From contig DATLRC010000006.1 in NCBI GenBank assembly GCA_035534895.1, positions 11,983 through 75,982 on the forward strand: 64,000 nucleotides of DNA, in the 5' to 3' direction. Of the stretch, positions 34,316 to 44,732 are shown piece by piece. The notes under the pieces are model-generated. The model was not told the DNA's origin. It was given only the letters and a program-made list of their open reading frames with translations, and ran no database searches. A program made the position numbers and the translations under genes. Within the stretch, counting starts at the first letter, position 1; every line of letters begins with the position of its first letter. Source of the DNA: Candidatus Dormiibacterota bacterium. Its GTDB lineage: Bacteria; Patescibacteriota; Saccharimonadia; Saccharimonadales; UBA4665.

Positions 34316-34732
34316 CTAAATCCGTCGTGCCTTTCTCGGTCTGACACCTCCATGGGGGACACCAGTCACATCGTGAAGTGTTTCAACATGGATATTCAGA
34401 CCAGATAGAGCTCTAACTGCAGCGTCTCGGCCTAAGCCGATACCTTTTAGATAGACGTCGGCTTTAGTCAATCCGAATTGTTGTTTGGCATCTTGGCCGG
34501 CTCGTTCGGCAGCTACCTGGGCTGCATAAGCTGTGCCCTTTTTAGAGCCTCTGAAACCACATGTACCGGCACTTGAACTAGCCAGTACATTTCCCTGAAG
34601 ATCACTAAAAGTAATGATTGTGTTGTTGAAGGTTGCCATAACGTGTACTTGACCAATGCTTACGTTTCGCTTGGCCTTTTTGCGCTTTGGCGTCTCTTTG
34701 GGTGCTTTAGTAGTTGTCTCTTCAGTTACCAT
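34316..34732 (-). CDS. rpsK: 30S ribosomal protein uS11
   Basis: GQVHVMATFNNTIITFSD...GFRGSKKGT is canonical S11. Confidence 0.96.
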   Translation of the reverse strand: MVTEETTTKAPKETPKRKKAKRNVSIGQVHVMATFNNTIITFSDLQGNVLASSSAGTCGFRGSKKGTAYAAQVAAERAGQDAKQQFGLTKADVYLKGIGLGRDAAVRALSGLNIHVETLHDVTGVPHGGVRPRKARRI

Positions 34733-34744
34733 AAGTTGCCTTTT

Positions 34745-35131
34745 TTAAGTCTTTGATGGCGCCTTACGAGCCGTGCCACCAATTGTTATCTTCTTCCCGC
34801 GACGGGTTCGGGCGTTGGTACGAGTTCGTTGGCCTCTGGACGGTAAGTTAGCAGCATGACGTATGCCCCGATAAGCCTTGATGTCCTTGAGTCGCTTAAT
34901 GTTAGTGCTTACGATTCGTTGCAGTTCGCCTTCAACAGTATATCTATTATTGACTTCGTCTTGGATACGACTAATTTCGGCATCTGTCAAATCTTTAACC
35001 CTTACATCAGGTTCAATTTTAGAGGCTTTTAGAATATCATTGGAACTTTTAGGACCAATGCCATAAACATAGGTTAATGACACCCATATTTGTTTAGCAC
35101 TCGGTATTGTTACGCCTGAAATTCGGGCCAT
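34745..35131 (-). CDS. rpsM: 30S ribosomal protein uS13
   Basis: MARISGVTIP...YVYGIGPKSS is canonical S13. Confidence 0.96.
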   Translation of the reverse strand: MARISGVTIPSAKQIWVSLTYVYGIGPKSSNDILKASKIEPDVRVKDLTDAEISRIQDEVNNRYTVEGELQRIVSTNIKRLKDIKAYRGIRHAANLPSRGQRTRTNARTRRGKKITIGGTARKAPSKT

Positions 35132-35134
35132 ATT

Positions 35135-35251
35135 TTAACCTTGCCTCTGTTTGTGCTTGGGTTTTAGCTTATTAATAACATAAACTCGTCCTTTTCGTCG
35201 GACGATTATATCATCAGGGCTTATTTTCTTAACGCTGGCACGCACTTTCAT
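35135..35251 (-). CDS. rpmJ: 50S ribosomal protein bL36 (Cys-less form)
   Basis: My own translation (too short for the ORF track) gives [38 protein letters not shown]. It sits in the canonical infA-rpmJ-rpsM position, and the zinc-ligand positions are non-Cys. Confidence 0.9.
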   Translation of the reverse strand: MKVRASVKKISPDDIIVRRKGRVYVINKLKPKHKQRQG

Positions 35252-35301
35252 GCGGATCATTGCTCCTTCATGTGGTCAATGACACACTGCTTTAATAATT
35301 T

Positions 35302-35523
35302 TTAGGACATGCGGTAGGTTATCCGACCCTTACTAAGATCGTAAGGCGTCAATTCAACCGTTACGCTGTCACCGGGTACAATTCGGATAAAATGTTTCCG
35401 CATCTTTCCGGCAACGTGAGCTATAATTTTATGGCCGTTTTCGAGCTCGACTCGAAATTGCGTCCCAGGAAGGGTCTCTACCACTGTCCCTGTCAACTCA
35501 ATAACTTCTTTGTTGGCAACCAT
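35302..35523 (-). CDS. infA: Translation initiation factor IF-1
   Basis: A 73-aa S1-like OB-fold protein. [35 protein letters not shown] is canonical IF-1. Confidence 0.96.
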   Translation of the reverse strand: MVANKEVIELTGTVVETLPGTQFRVELENGHKIIAHVAGKMRKHFIRIVPGDSVTVELTPYDLSKGRITYRMS

Positions 35524-35540
35524 AAATATAACAGTTTTTA

Positions 35541-35570
35541 ATTATAGCAGTTAGCTCCTCTGTTTGTAAA
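35541..35570 (-). promoter_or_regulatory. Candidate internal promoter upstream of infA
   Basis: Minus strand reads TTTACA (35565-35570), an 18-nt spacer, then TATAAT (35541-35546). 17 nt separate the -10 box from the ATG, without a Shine-Dalgarno. Confidence 0.35.
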
Positions 35571-35643
35571 GAGTTTTTATACTGAACTCACTTACCGAGC
35601 TTTTTGGGCTGGCAACTAACTAGTCATGATTATAGCACAGTAG

Positions 35644-37146
35644 CTATTTTTTAGTTCTTCGTCTACCTATCATCGGCAGAAATCGTAGTCGTCTGGCACC
35701 AGATGCCGCTTCAATAGCAGTCTCCGGCTCATAAAAAAATTCTGGTTGAGAGTATTGGTCGTAGGTTACCATCATGGCACGAGACTCGACTGCTCTTAAG
35801 GTTTGCAGGGCGACTGATACCAAGATTAGAACGCTGGTTCCGCCAATGGTAATGTTTTGGCTAACGTAAACCTGCGCAATAATTGGTAAGATAGCCAATA
35901 AGCCTAAGCTGAAAGCCCCAAAAAGTGTTAAGCGGTTTACGATTTTACTAAGGTGTTGCTCAGTTTGACTACCAGAACGTATACCCTCTAAAAAACCACC
36001 TTGTTTTTGGAGATTTTCGGCAATTTCTTTTGAGTTGAAGGTAATGCTCGTATAGAAGAAAGTAAAAACAAATACCAGCAGAAAATAGGTCAACGGATAG
36101 ATATAGGGTTGCCAGCCACCGGCTGCAAAAGTACTTGAAGAGGGTGGCTGAAACCAACGAAGTAAATCGGAGCCAATATGTTGCCAATGTGCGGTGTGAG
36201 CACCGGCTAGCAGTTGGCCAACAAATCCCGGCACACTTAAGAATGCCACGGCGAAAATGATTGGTACCACGCCAGCCGTTATCAGTTTTACTGGTAAGAC
36301 TGTCGTAACACCACCGTAAGCACGGTTTCCTTGGACTCGTTTGGCGTAGTTAACTGTCAGATTACGAGCCGCTTCGTTGAGCATGACTACAATCCAGGTG
36401 ACCACTAAAACAACTAGTAAGATGACAATGCTATAGATGAAGGCCTTTTTATTAATTGGCAGTGTGTGCCCAAATAAATGCCAGCGACTTTGTTTTGTCA
36501 GTACAGAGCCAACAATTTGGGATATATTTGACGGCAAACGACTAACTATACCAACTGTTATGATCAGTGAAATACCATTACCAACACCTTGCTCGGTTAC
36601 TAATTCGCCAAGCCACATTAAAAGCATTGAGCCACCACTTAAGGCTGCTACCATTAGCACCCATTGCATAAACGAAGTATGGGCCGTAATGTCGCCGATT
36701 CCGCCAATACTTTGAGCTGATTGTCTAATTAGGTATATAGAACCGATTGACTGGATTATGGCCAGTGGTAAGGTGAGTAATCGAGTGTACTGATTAATTT
36801 TCTTTTGTCCAAACTCACCTTCCTTGTGTAGGGCTTCTAGTCTAGGTATTGCCTTGGTTAGCAACTGCATGATGATCGAAGCATTAATGTACGGCCCAAG
36901 ACCAGCGATCATAATTGAGAAGTTCGCTAAGGCACCCCCAGATAGAACATTAATAAAACTTAGCAACTGGGGTGTATTGCTGGAGTTAAATAAGTTCTCT
37001 AAGACTTGTTTAAGGGTCTGCGGGTTACTTAGTGGAACCGGAATGTGAGCCAAAAGTCGAAAAACAAGCAAAATAGCAAGCACGGCCAGTAAACGTTTCC
37101 GCATATCTTTATGCGATAGTGATCGCCAGATAATTTTCCAATTCAT
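35644..37146 (-). CDS. secY: Preprotein translocase subunit SecY (about 500 aa, with a C-terminal extension)
   Basis: A 10-TM SecY pattern with [12 protein letters not shown]-type motifs. It follows rplO. Confidence 0.94.
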   Translation of the reverse strand: MNWKIIWRSLSHKDMRKRLLAVLAILLVFRLLAHIPVPLSNPQTLKQVLENLFNSSNTPQLLSFINVLSGGALANFSIMIAGLGPYINASIIMQLLTKAIPRLEALHKEGEFGQKKINQYTRLLTLPLAIIQSIGSIYLIRQSAQSIGGIGDITAHTSFMQWVLMVAALSGGSMLLMWLGELVTEQGVGNGISLIITVGIVSRLPSNISQIVGSVLTKQSRWHLFGHTLPINKKAFIYSIVILLVVLVVTWIVVMLNEAARNLTVNYAKRVQGNRAYGGVTTVLPVKLITAGVVPIIFAVAFLSVPGFVGQLLAGAHTAHWQHIGSDLLRWFQPPSSSTFAAGGWQPYIYPLTYFLLVFVFTFFYTSITFNSKEIAENLQKQGGFLEGIRSGSQTEQHLSKIVNRLTLFGAFSLGLLAILPIIAQVYVSQNITIGGTSVLILVSVALQTLRAVESRAMMVTYDQYSQPEFFYEPETAIEAASGARRLRFLPMIGRRRTKK

Positions 37147-37251
37147 AACAGTTTTTTATACCTCATAACTCTGCTCAATTAAAGCATATTAGTTGATGAT
37201 TCAGAAGACCCTAGCCAGCTATTCTATGACTTTTGACTGACTTTTTATTTG

Positions 37252-37758
37252 CTAATTTAGGTCCTTTTTTTCAGAAACGACAGCTTGTTTCTTAGGATTC
37301 TTAGAAGTCACCGGCCTTTCTATTCGGGGGGTTTTAACAAAATTTCCGCCGGCTTCTTCTATGGTCGCGACAACAGATTTTGAAGCCCCTTGGAGTTTAA
37401 CAGTCAGCTTCTTGGTAAGCTTACCTTTGTTTATTAGCTTAACATTTGAATAGGCGCTGTTGATCAGCCCTGCTTCAGCCAGCAGCAGATTATCAATAGT
37501 TTTTGGTGCAAAACTATCGAGTTGTCCGCTATAGATAACTTCTGCTTTAGTCCTGTGACTTTTAAAGCCCGGTAATTTCGGTAAACGCTGCATTAGCGGA
37601 TTTTGACCGCCTTCAAAGCCAGGGCGTTTACTATAGCCTGTTCTTGACTTTTGGCCCTTAGTTCCTCGACCGGCAGTTTTGCCTTGCCCGGCAGCAATAC
37701 CTCGTCCGACACGTTTAGGTGATTTGGATTTAACAATAGTTAGTTGATTATATTTCAT
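37252..37758 (-). CDS. rplO: 50S ribosomal protein uL15
   Basis: KRVGRGIAAGQGKTAGRGTKGQKSR is canonical L15. The ATG overlaps the rpsE stop (ATGA). Confidence 0.95.
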   Translation of the reverse strand: MKYNQLTIVKSKSPKRVGRGIAAGQGKTAGRGTKGQKSRTGYSKRPGFEGGQNPLMQRLPKLPGFKSHRTKAEVIYSGQLDSFAPKTIDNLLLAEAGLINSAYSNVKLINKGKLTKKLTVKLQGASKSVVATIEEAGGNFVKTPRIERPVTSKNPKKQAVVSEKKDLN

Positions 37759-38378
37759 GATCGTTTTGCCCTAGTTGGTGCTTTTTTCTTGGGATTGTCA
37801 GGAATCTTTGCTGGCTTTGGTGTTTTAGTGACCGGAGTTACCGGAGGTTTACTCTTAGCTGAAGATTGCGGAGGATTAATCCACTCATTAGCTGGTTTTA
37901 ATAGTTGTAGTGCTGCCACTGTCGCATAAGCCGTATTGGCTTTGTTAGAAGATCCAAGTGACTTACTGAGGGCGTTACGTACACCTGTAACTTCTAAAAT
38001 AGTGCGGACAACGCCACCAGCGATCAATCCAGTACCAGCACTGGCTGGGATTAATAGGATGTTTGATCCACCTACTTTAGCTTGACTATCATGAGGCAGT
38101 GTCCCCTTATACAACGATATTGAAACCATATGTTTTTTGGCAACATCAGTTGCTTTTGTTACAGCCGAAGTAACGTCTGCGCCTTTTGCTATACCAATGC
38201 CAACTTTAGTTTTCTTGTCACCGACAACTACTAAGGCTCGGAAACGAAAACGTCTTCCGCCCTTAACAACGCGAGCGACACGGTCTATATGCAACGTCCG
38301 TTCGTCGTATTGTTTTTCTTCTTGTGGTAGATCTCCGCGACGAGGACGACGATCATTTCTTTGTGTATTATTAACCAT
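37755..38378 (-). CDS. rpsE: 30S ribosomal protein uS5 (Pro/Lys-rich C-terminal tail)
   Basis: HIDRVARVVKGGRRFRFRALVVVGD is canonical S5. The TGA stop overlaps the rplO start, leaving no room for rpmD. Confidence 0.95.
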   Translation of the reverse strand: MVNNTQRNDRRPRRGDLPQEEKQYDERTLHIDRVARVVKGGRRFRFRALVVVGDKKTKVGIGIAKGADVTSAVTKATDVAKKHMVSISLYKGTLPHDSQAKVGGSNILLIPASAGTGLIAGGVVRTILEVTGVRNALSKSLGSSNKANTAYATVAALQLLKPANEWINPPQSSAKSKPPVTPVTKTPKPAKIPDNPKKKAPTRAKRS

Positions 38379-38380
38379 GA

Positions 38381-38734
38381 TTAAAACTCCAGTCCTGCTT
38401 TACGAGCTGCTTCTGCAAGTGCCGCAATTCGACCATGGTACAATTTACCGCCACGATCAAAAACTACTTTCGAAACTTTTACTGCTTTTGCTTGTTTGGC
38501 AATTGCACTGCCTACTGCCTCTGCTTTTTTAGTCATATTTCCATCATATTTTTGGCCAACAGTTGTCGCATAAGCCAAAGTATGTTGCTTTGAGTCATCA
38601 ATTATTTGTGCCGAAAGGTGGTGATTGCTAACATGAACGCTTAAGCGTGGGCGTTCACTGCTGCCACGCACATAGGCTCTAACTCTCTGAGCCCGAAGTT
38701 TATAATTACTATTCTTTTGATTTAATCTACTCAT
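38381..38734 (-). CDS. rplR: 50S ribosomal protein uL18
   Basis: Canonical L18 pattern (RPRLSVHVSNHHLSAQIIDD...FDRGGKLYHGRIAALAEAAR). Confidence 0.95.
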   Translation of the reverse strand: MSRLNQKNSNYKLRAQRVRAYVRGSSERPRLSVHVSNHHLSAQIIDDSKQHTLAYATTVGQKYDGNMTKKAEAVGSAIAKQAKAVKVSKVVFDRGGKLYHGRIAALAEAARKAGLEF

Positions 38735-38740
38735 AATTAC

Positions 38741-39280
38741 CTACTTTTCCTTACCAGACTTACCGCTTTTACGAATAATCCGCTCATCCTGGTATTTGAT
38801 GCCTTTGCCTTTGTATGGCTCAGGTTTTTTAAGAGCTCGTATTTCTGCCGCGACTTGTCCTACTTGTTGTTTGTCGATACCGCTGATTGTAATCGTATTT
38901 TGATCGACTGTTGCATTAATGCCGGTTGGCAATTTGAAAATTACATCATGGGAAAAGCCAACATTAAGCTTCAGATCTGTACCTTGGCTACTGACCCTAT
39001 AACCAACCCCGTTAATTTCCAGTTTTTTTGTGTAGCCATTAGAAACACCTTGTACCATATTATTGATGAGACTACGCATCAATCCATGTTTGGATCTAAT
39101 TTTAGGTTCATCGCTGGTTCGACTAACGACTATTTTGTCAGCTTCATGATTGACAGTTATACCGTCCAGCATAGCTTGATTTAAGCTGCCCTTTGTTCCG
39201 TTAACGGAGATGAAGTCGTCGTCAACAGTGACTGTTACGCCAGAAGGGATTGTAATTGGTTCTTTTCCTATACGACTCAT
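38741..39280 (-). CDS. rplF: 50S ribosomal protein uL6
   Basis: MSRIGKEPITIPSGVTV is canonical L6. Confidence 0.96.
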   Translation of the reverse strand: MSRIGKEPITIPSGVTVTVDDDFISVNGTKGSLNQAMLDGITVNHEADKIVVSRTSDEPKIRSKHGLMRSLINNMVQGVSNGYTKKLEINGVGYRVSSQGTDLKLNVGFSHDVIFKLPTGINATVDQNTITISGIDKQQVGQVAAEIRALKKPEPYKGKGIKYQDERIIRKSGKSGKEK

Positions 39281-39300
39281 TATTATATTCCTTAAAGTCC

Positions 39301-39702
39301 TTAGTAGACCCTACATATTAACTCGCCACCGACATGTTGGTCGCGTGCCTGGTCGCCGCTCATCAGGCCCTTTGACGTAGAGACAATTATCATGCCACGA
39401 CCTCTTTTTACAATCGGTATCATACGAGCACTTACATAGTGGCGCTTACCTGGCTTGCTAAGTCGCACTATTTCGGTTATTTGGGCGTTAGTTGAGCCAC
39501 GACTCAATTTGATTGTTAACGTTTTTTGGGTCTTTTCTTGGTCAACTTTAACATCATTAACGTAGTTGTTGTCTTTAAGCAGACGAGCAACCGATTCTTT
39601 AACATTTGAATGAGGCAAACTGACCTCGGGCTTATTAACAGCCATGGCGTTTCTGATGCGCGACAGCATATCTGCTATTGGATCTGTTGAAGTTATGCTC
39701 AT
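39301..39702 (-). CDS. rpsH: 30S ribosomal protein uS8
   Basis: DPIADMLSRIRNA is canonical S8. Confidence 0.96.
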   Translation of the reverse strand: MSITSTDPIADMLSRIRNAMAVNKPEVSLPHSNVKESVARLLKDNNYVNDVKVDQEKTQKTLTIKLSRGSTNAQITEIVRLSKPGKRHYVSARMIPIVKRGRGMIIVSTSKGLMSGDQARDQHVGGELICRVY

Positions 39703-39712
39703 TGTTTTCCTC

Positions 39713-39982
39713 CTACCAACTAGCCTTTGTTACGCCGGGTATTTCGCCTTTTGATGCATGCTCGCGAAAACTTAATCGACTTAGACCAAACTGGCGCATG
39801 TAACCACGTGAACGACCGGTTTCTTGACAGCGATTAGTCAGCCGTGTACGACTTGAATTACGAGGCAACTTCGCTAGACCCTCAAGGTCGCCGAGCTCCT
39901 TGAGCTCAAGTCTTTTGGCGGCGTAAGCCTTAATCATCCTTTGTCTTTTTTGGTCGCGTACGACAATTGATTTTTTGGCCAT
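39713..39982 (-). CDS. rpsN: 30S ribosomal protein uS14 (long, non-zinc form, 89 aa)
   Basis: The C-terminal [21 protein letters not shown] is canonical S14. There is no CxxC pair. Confidence 0.95.
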   Translation of the reverse strand: MAKKSIVVRDQKRQRMIKAYAAKRLELKELGDLEGLAKLPRNSSRTRLTNRCQETGRSRGYMRQFGLSRLSFREHASKGEIPGVTKASW

Positions 39983-40551
39983 TACTTATTCTCCTTCTCA
40001 AATGGCATACCCAGTTTCTCTAATAATGGCCTGGTATGTGCCTTATGTTCAGCTTTAATCACAAATACTACCTGCATCCCATGGGGCACGGTTGTTTCGT
40101 CGAAACTAAGTTCTGGAAAAACAGATTGGTCGCTAAGACCAAGCGAATAATTACCTTGATGGTCAAAAGCATTAGCTGAGACTCCATGGAAATCACGCAG
40201 TCTTGGTAAAACGATCGATATTAAGCGGTCTACGAACTCGTACATTCGGTCACCACGCAAGGTTACTTTAAGTCCGATCTTGTTTCCTTCGCGTAGTTTG
40301 AAGCTGGCTATTGATTTTTTTGCAGCTGTTTCAATAGGTTGCTGGCCACTTACTTTACGCAGTGTATTAGTGGCTACTTCCATGATCTTGCGTTCATCCT
40401 TAGCTTTACCAAGGCCAACATTAATAACTACTTTTTCTAGGCGCGGTACTTGGTGCGGATTAACAAGACCGAGTTCTTTTTGCAGCTCAGGGGCCCAGGT
40501 TTTAAAATATTGTTCTCGTAAGCGAGTCGGTGAGGCAATAATTGTAGCCAT
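39982..40551 (-). CDS. rplE: 50S ribosomal protein uL5
   Basis: Canonical L5 pattern ([13 protein letters not shown]..., FRGDRMYEF-like). Confidence 0.96.
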   Translation of the reverse strand: MATIIASPTRLREQYFKTWAPELQKELGLVNPHQVPRLEKVVINVGLGKAKDERKIMEVATNTLRKVSGQQPIETAAKKSIASFKLREGNKIGLKVTLRGDRMYEFVDRLISIVLPRLRDFHGVSANAFDHQGNYSLGLSDQSVFPELSFDETTVPHGMQVVFVIKAEHKAHTRPLLEKLGMPFEKENK

Positions 40552-40883
40552 TACTTAATCTCCTTGCCACTTGTTTTGTAGTAGCGTGTTTTTGTTCCCT
40601 TAGAATCAATCTTAAAGCCGATTCGAGACGGTCGTTTGCTCAGGGGATCAACTATTGCTACCTTGCTAGCCCAGATTGGTTTGGTGATGTCTATAATACC
40701 GCCTTGGGGGTATTCACGATTTGGTTTTTGGTGTTTTTTAACAATATTGATACCGTCAATTATTAACTTGTTTTGTTTGGGGATTGTAGTGGTTACTTTG
40801 CCGGTCTGACCCTTGTATTTGCCTGAGCGAATAATCACCATATCGCCTTTCTTAATCCGAAGCTTATATATTTTTTCGCTCAT
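40551..40883 (-). CDS. rplX: 50S ribosomal protein uL24
   Basis: KOW motif IKKGDMVIIRSGKYKGQTGKV. Confidence 0.95.
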   Translation of the reverse strand: MSEKIYKLRIKKGDMVIIRSGKYKGQTGKVTTTIPKQNKLIIDGINIVKKHQKPNREYPQGGIIDITKPIWASKVAIVDPLSKRPSRIGFKIDSKGTKTRYYKTSGKEIK

Positions 40884-40885
40884 GA

Positions 40886-41254
40886 CTATAGTACCTCCGG
40901 AGCCAGTGAAATTATCTTGGCAAAACCCTGCTCACGAAGTTCACGAGGCACAGGTCCGAATATACGGCTGGCTTTGGGTAGTTTGTCTTCACCAATAATA
41001 ACTGCCGCGTTGTCGTCAAAACAGATAGTCGAACCATCTCGACGTCTAATTTGATCTTTTGTTCGGACAACAACAGCCCTGACAACAGACTTTTTCTTGA
41101 CATTACCACTGGGGTTGGCTTCTTTGACTGTAGCTACTATCTCGTCACCAACTCGTGCATAACGACGGCCCGTACCACCGAGAACCCGGATGCAAAGGAT
41201 TACTTTGGCGCCGCTGTTATCGCAAACATTAAGCCTGGACTCTTGTTGGATCAT
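40886..41254 (-). CDS. rplN: 50S ribosomal protein uL14
   Basis: [17 protein letters not shown] is canonical L14. Confidence 0.97.
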   Translation of the reverse strand: MIQQESRLNVCDNSGAKVILCIRVLGGTGRRYARVGDEIVATVKEANPSGNVKKKSVVRAVVVRTKDQIRRRDGSTICFDDNAAVIIGEDKLPKASRIFGPVPRELREQGFAKIISLAPEVL

Positions 41255-41583
41255 GTTTCTTCCTCTTGGACTTTGGCCTTTCGCAACTGACGAGCCATTT
41301 CTTCGGTATCGTCTTTAGTGATGCTTAAGGCGTCTTCTCTTAATAATGGCTTTTCTATAATCTGACTTAATTTGTGATGCTTTCGAGCACTGATCGGTCT
41401 GGTTTCAACAATTGAAACCTTGTCGCCAACCTGTGCCTCATTATTAGGATCATGAGCCATAAACTTCTTGCTTTCAGTATATTGCTTACGATACAGAGGG
41501 TGAGTTTTGCGGGTTTGAACTGTAACGACAATTGTCTTGTCGGTCTTATTAGAAGAAACGATACCGATAATTGGTTGTGCCAT
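41251..41583 (-). CDS. rpsQ: 30S ribosomal protein uS17 (acidic/basic C-terminal tail)
   Basis: [27 protein letters not shown] is canonical S17. Confidence 0.95.
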   Translation of the reverse strand: MAQPIIGIVSSNKTDKTIVVTVQTRKTHPLYRKQYTESKKFMAHDPNNEAQVGDKVSIVETRPISARKHHKLSQIIEKPLLREDALSITKDDTEEMARQLRKAKVQEEET

Positions 41584-41783
41584 TAGATTGCCTCCTTTGT
41601 CAATTGTTCGCCTAGAACGGTTAGCATCCTAGCTAGATCTTTACGCTTGGCACGGATCATGCGGACGTTCTGAATTTCTCCGAGATGTGCTCGTCGGCGT
41701 AATTCAGCAATTTCCTCACGCAGTTTAGTGCTTTCTGCTGTCAGGTCTGTTGTCGTTAATTTACGGATTTCGACGATTTTCAT
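41583..41783 (-). CDS. rpmC: 50S ribosomal protein uL29
   Basis: 66 aa. EIRKLTTTDLTAESTKLREEIAELRRR is canonical L29. Confidence 0.94.
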   Translation of the reverse strand: MKIVEIRKLTTTDLTAESTKLREEIAELRRRAHLGEIQNVRMIRAKRKDLARMLTVLGEQLTKEAI

Positions 41784-41785
41784 GA

Positions 41786-42199
41786 CTAGCCTTCCTCACG
41801 AGCTAAGAATTTAGTTTTAAGTGGTAGCTTGTTGGCCGCCAGTCGCATTGCTTCGCGGGCGATATCCTCACTGACACCCTGCATTTCAAACAATATAGTT
41901 CCAGGACTAACTTTAGCCACAAAAAATTCAGGATTTCCTTTGCCACTACCCATTTTGACATCCTGCGGCTTTCTGGTAACTGGGATATGTGGGAATATAC
42001 GAATCCAAATTTTGCCACCACGCTTAATGTAGCGAGTCATTGCTTGTCGGGCTGCTTCAATCTGCCGTGCGCTAATCCGTTGATTAGCTTGTGCCTGAAG
42101 AGCATAGTCACCAAAGGCAATATAATCACCGCTGGTTGCAACACCGCGGATACGGCCTTTTCTGACCTTACGGTATTTAGTCCGTTTGGGCATCAACAT
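41786..42199 (-). CDS. rplP: 50S ribosomal protein uL16
   Basis: [16 protein letters not shown] is canonical L16. Confidence 0.97.
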   Translation of the reverse strand: MLMPKRTKYRKVRKGRIRGVATSGDYIAFGDYALQAQANQRISARQIEAARQAMTRYIKRGGKIWIRIFPHIPVTRKPQDVKMGSGKGNPEFFVAKVSPGTILFEMQGVSEDIAREAMRLAANKLPLKTKFLAREEG

Positions 42200-42200
42200 T

Positions 42201-42830
42201 TTAGACTACCTCGCCCTTATAGATCCATACTTTAACACCGATAATTCCAGCGGCAGTTTTGGCGTGGACTTGAGCATAGTCAATGTCTGCTCTTAAGGTG
42301 TGCAAGGGTACTGAACCAGCTACTTCTTTCTCTCGCCTGGACATTTCAGAACCGTTAAGTCGGCCAGCAACTTGAATTCGAACGCCCTTAGCTCCGGAGC
42401 GCATGGTAGCAGCAGCAGTTGATTTAATGGCTCTTCGGAAACTAATCCGGCGTTGTAGCTGGTGAGCAATATTCTCAGCTACTAATTTGGCATAAAGATC
42501 AGGTTTTTTGATTTCTTCAATATTAACCCGAGTTGGGACAGAGTAAATCTTTTCAATTTCATCCTTTAACTCCTGGGCCCCCGTTCCGCCTCGGCCAATG
42601 ACAACACCTGCCTTGGCGGTTGATATTGTAATGGTTACTAAATTGGGGGTACGGCTAATCTCAACTTTATTAATTGAGGCTCTGGCACCTAATTTATTTT
42701 GGATCAGTCGTCTAACAGATAAGTCGTCTTTTAAGAACTTAGGATAATCTCGTTTGTCGACATACCATTTGCTGAGCCAATCTTTGTTGACCTGCAACCT
42801 CATGCTAATCGGATTTACTTTCTGGCCCAT
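42201..42830 (-). CDS. rpsC: 30S ribosomal protein uS3
   Basis: I set the start at the internal ATG ([12 protein letters not shown], the canonical S3 N-terminus), 1 nt after the rplV stop. The ORF track extends 15 codons further, into rplV. Confidence 0.95.
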   Translation of the reverse strand: MGQKVNPISMRLQVNKDWLSKWYVDKRDYPKFLKDDLSVRRLIQNKLGARASINKVEISRTPNLVTITISTAKAGVVIGRGGTGAQELKDEIEKIYSVPTRVNIEEIKKPDLYAKLVAENIAHQLQRRISFRRAIKSTAAATMRSGAKGVRIQVAGRLNGSEMSRREKEVAGSVPLHTLRADIDYAQVHAKTAAGIIGVKVWIYKGEVV

Positions 42831-42831
42831 G

Positions 42832-43227
42832 TTATTTGCCCTCCTTGACTGCGGTCGGCTTCTTCTTAGTCGCAACTTCTTTCTTTGGTTGCCTTTTTTG
42901 GCCGTCTACTAGGACACGAATATGGGATGTTTTACGCTGAAATGGATGAGCTCGTCCATGGGATACAGGGCGAAAACGCTTCAATCTTGAGCCAGGTGAT
43001 ACGCTTATCTCAACAATTTGTAGACTGTCGGGTTTATAGCCGTGGTTATAGTCGGCGTTGGCTTTGGCGCTTTTTATTACTTTGGTGACGGCAATAGCAC
43101 TTCGTCGTGGTGTATGACTAAGAATTACCAGCGCGTCTTCAACACTTCTACCACGAACCAAGGCAGCAACGACAGCTATTTTGCGTGGGCTAATACGAAC
43201 ACCTTTAGCGATTGCTTGAACTGGCAT
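42832..43227 (-). CDS. rplV: 50S ribosomal protein uL22 (Lys-rich C-terminal tail)
   Basis: AKGVRISPRKIAVVAALVRG is canonical L22. Confidence 0.95.
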   Translation of the reverse strand: MPVQAIAKGVRISPRKIAVVAALVRGRSVEDALVILSHTPRRSAIAVTKVIKSAKANADYNHGYKPDSLQIVEISVSPGSRLKRFRPVSHGRAHPFQRKTSHIRVLVDGQKRQPKKEVATKKKPTAVKEGK

Positions 43228-43502
43228 TATTCGCTCCCCTTGGCTAGTTTGCCACCATGTTTACGGAACTTGCGGGTCGGTGAAAACTCTCCTAGTTTGT
43301 GACCAACCATATTCTCTGAAATAAAGACTGGAACATGGACCTTGCCATTATGTACGGCAATCGTCCGACCCACAAAGTCAGGCCCGATTGTGCTAGCCCT
43401 TGCCCAAGTCTTAATGATAGTCCGATCATCAGCTGCCAAAGCAGCAATCTTCTTAGCTAGTTTGAAATCTATAAATGGTCCTTTTTTCAGTGATCGACTC
43501 AT
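43227..43502 (-). CDS. rpsS: 30S ribosomal protein uS19
   Basis: [12 protein letters not shown] is canonical S19. Confidence 0.97.
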   Translation of the reverse strand: MSRSLKKGPFIDFKLAKKIAALAADDRTIIKTWARASTIGPDFVGRTIAVHNGKVHVPVFISENMVGHKLGEFSPTRKFRKHGGKLAKGSE

Positions 43503-43506
43503 AAAA

Positions 43507-44361
43507 TTATTTCCTCTTTGCCGCGTGGCGGCTTCTTAGAATAAACTGATTGGTGCTCTTTCGGCGGCGAGTCTTATAGCCCAAGGTCTTCTGTCCCCAA
43601 GGTGTTTTGGGTGCTGAACCATGGTTTTTGCCACCGCCAATACCATGCCGTCCGCCATCGCCACCGCCGTGAGGGTGATCAACTGCGTTCATTACTACAC
43701 CACGAACAGAAGGCCGTATGCCTCTATGGCGATTACGACCAGCTTTGCCAATTTTGACATTTTGGTGTTGCTCGTTACCAACAACTCCCAGACTGGCGGT
43801 GCAGTTTTCGTTAATCAGTCTTACTTCTCCGCTTGGCATTCGGACTTGAGCTGTCCCATTGTCTCGGCCCATCAATTGAGCACTATTGCCTGCACTGCGG
43901 GCAGCTTGAGCGCCTCGATTAGGTAAAAGTTCAAGGGCATGTATGGTGCTGCCAATCGGAATATTCTTTAGTGGTAAGCGATTTCCGACCTCAATTGCTG
44001 CTTCCTCACCACTGTCTATAGTTTGACCAATGCTCATTCCTTGGGCAGCTAAGATGTAATGATAACGAGACGTGGTATCTTTGATACGGGCGATTCGGGC
44101 TGAACGGTTTGGATCATATTCAATTTGTTCGATAACTGCCGACATACCAAGTTGAGGTTTAAAGTTTATTTGTCTGTAAAACTTGTGAGCTCCTCCGCCT
44201 TTGTGGCGAGTTGTAATTCGACCTGTATTGTTGCGACCAACAGCAGAGCGCTTGACGCTCAGCAGTGAGCGAACTGGCTTTCGAGTGGTAATAGTACTCA
44301 TATCTTGAGTTGTCATGCCTCGTCGAGCATTAGTAACCGGTTTATAAGAACGAATAGCCAT
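43507..44361 (-). CDS. rplB: 50S ribosomal protein uL2
   Basis: [17 protein letters not shown] is canonical L2. Confidence 0.97.
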   Translation of the reverse strand: MAIRSYKPVTNARRGMTTQDMSTITTRKPVRSLLSVKRSAVGRNNTGRITTRHKGGGAHKFYRQINFKPQLGMSAVIEQIEYDPNRSARIARIKDTTSRYHYILAAQGMSIGQTIDSGEEAAIEVGNRLPLKNIPIGSTIHALELLPNRGAQAARSAGNSAQLMGRDNGTAQVRMPSGEVRLINENCTASLGVVGNEQHQNVKIGKAGRNRHRGIRPSVRGVVMNAVDHPHGGGDGGRHGIGGGKNHGSAPKTPWGQKTLGYKTRRRKSTNQFILRSRHAAKRK

Positions 44362-44732
44362 TATTGTTTATCCTTTTTCTTGGTCTTTTTGGCCAATTTC
44401 TCTGCCACTTTATCTTCCTCAGCCTCAGCTTCTTCAACGGCCGCAAAAAAAGGTAGACTATGGCCTTGGGCAAGAGTAACATAGGCTTTTTTGAGGGCAC
44501 TGGTCCTGCCTTTAGCTACTAGACGGCCACCTTTTGATAAACTTCGTTTGGCTTTGCCGGGGATATTAGCGATGTTAACTGTGGACACCTTGACATCAAA
44601 TTGGGCAGTCACTGCTTGAGCAATGGTTTGTTTATTAATGTTAAGCGGTATGTCGAAGACATAAACCCGACTGCCACTTTGAGCATAGGTCTTTTCGCTG
44701 AGACGTGGTTTTAGGGCAACTTGTTTGCTCAT
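44361..44732 (-). CDS. rplW: 50S ribosomal protein uL23 (acidic then Lys-rich C-terminal tail)
   Basis: The L23 core (LSEKTYAQSGSRVYVFDIP) and its position between rplD and rplB. Confidence 0.93.
   Translation of the reverse strand: MSKQVALKPRLSEKTYAQSGSRVYVFDIPLNINKQTIAQAVTAQFDVKVSTVNIANIPGKAKRSLSKGGRLVAKGRTSALKKAYVTLAQGHSLPFFAAVEEAEAEEDKVAEKLAKKTKKKDKQ

Noticed and set aside
42831-42875. N-terminally extended ORF-track starts for rpsC. The same issue affects rplC (to 46077), fusA (to 50556), rpoC (to 56283) and the 153-aa ORF (to 51285).
   Set aside because: The extensions overlap the upstream gene and add residues with no counterpart in orthologues. Internal ATGs reproduce the canonical N-termini and give tight, non-overlapping junctions.
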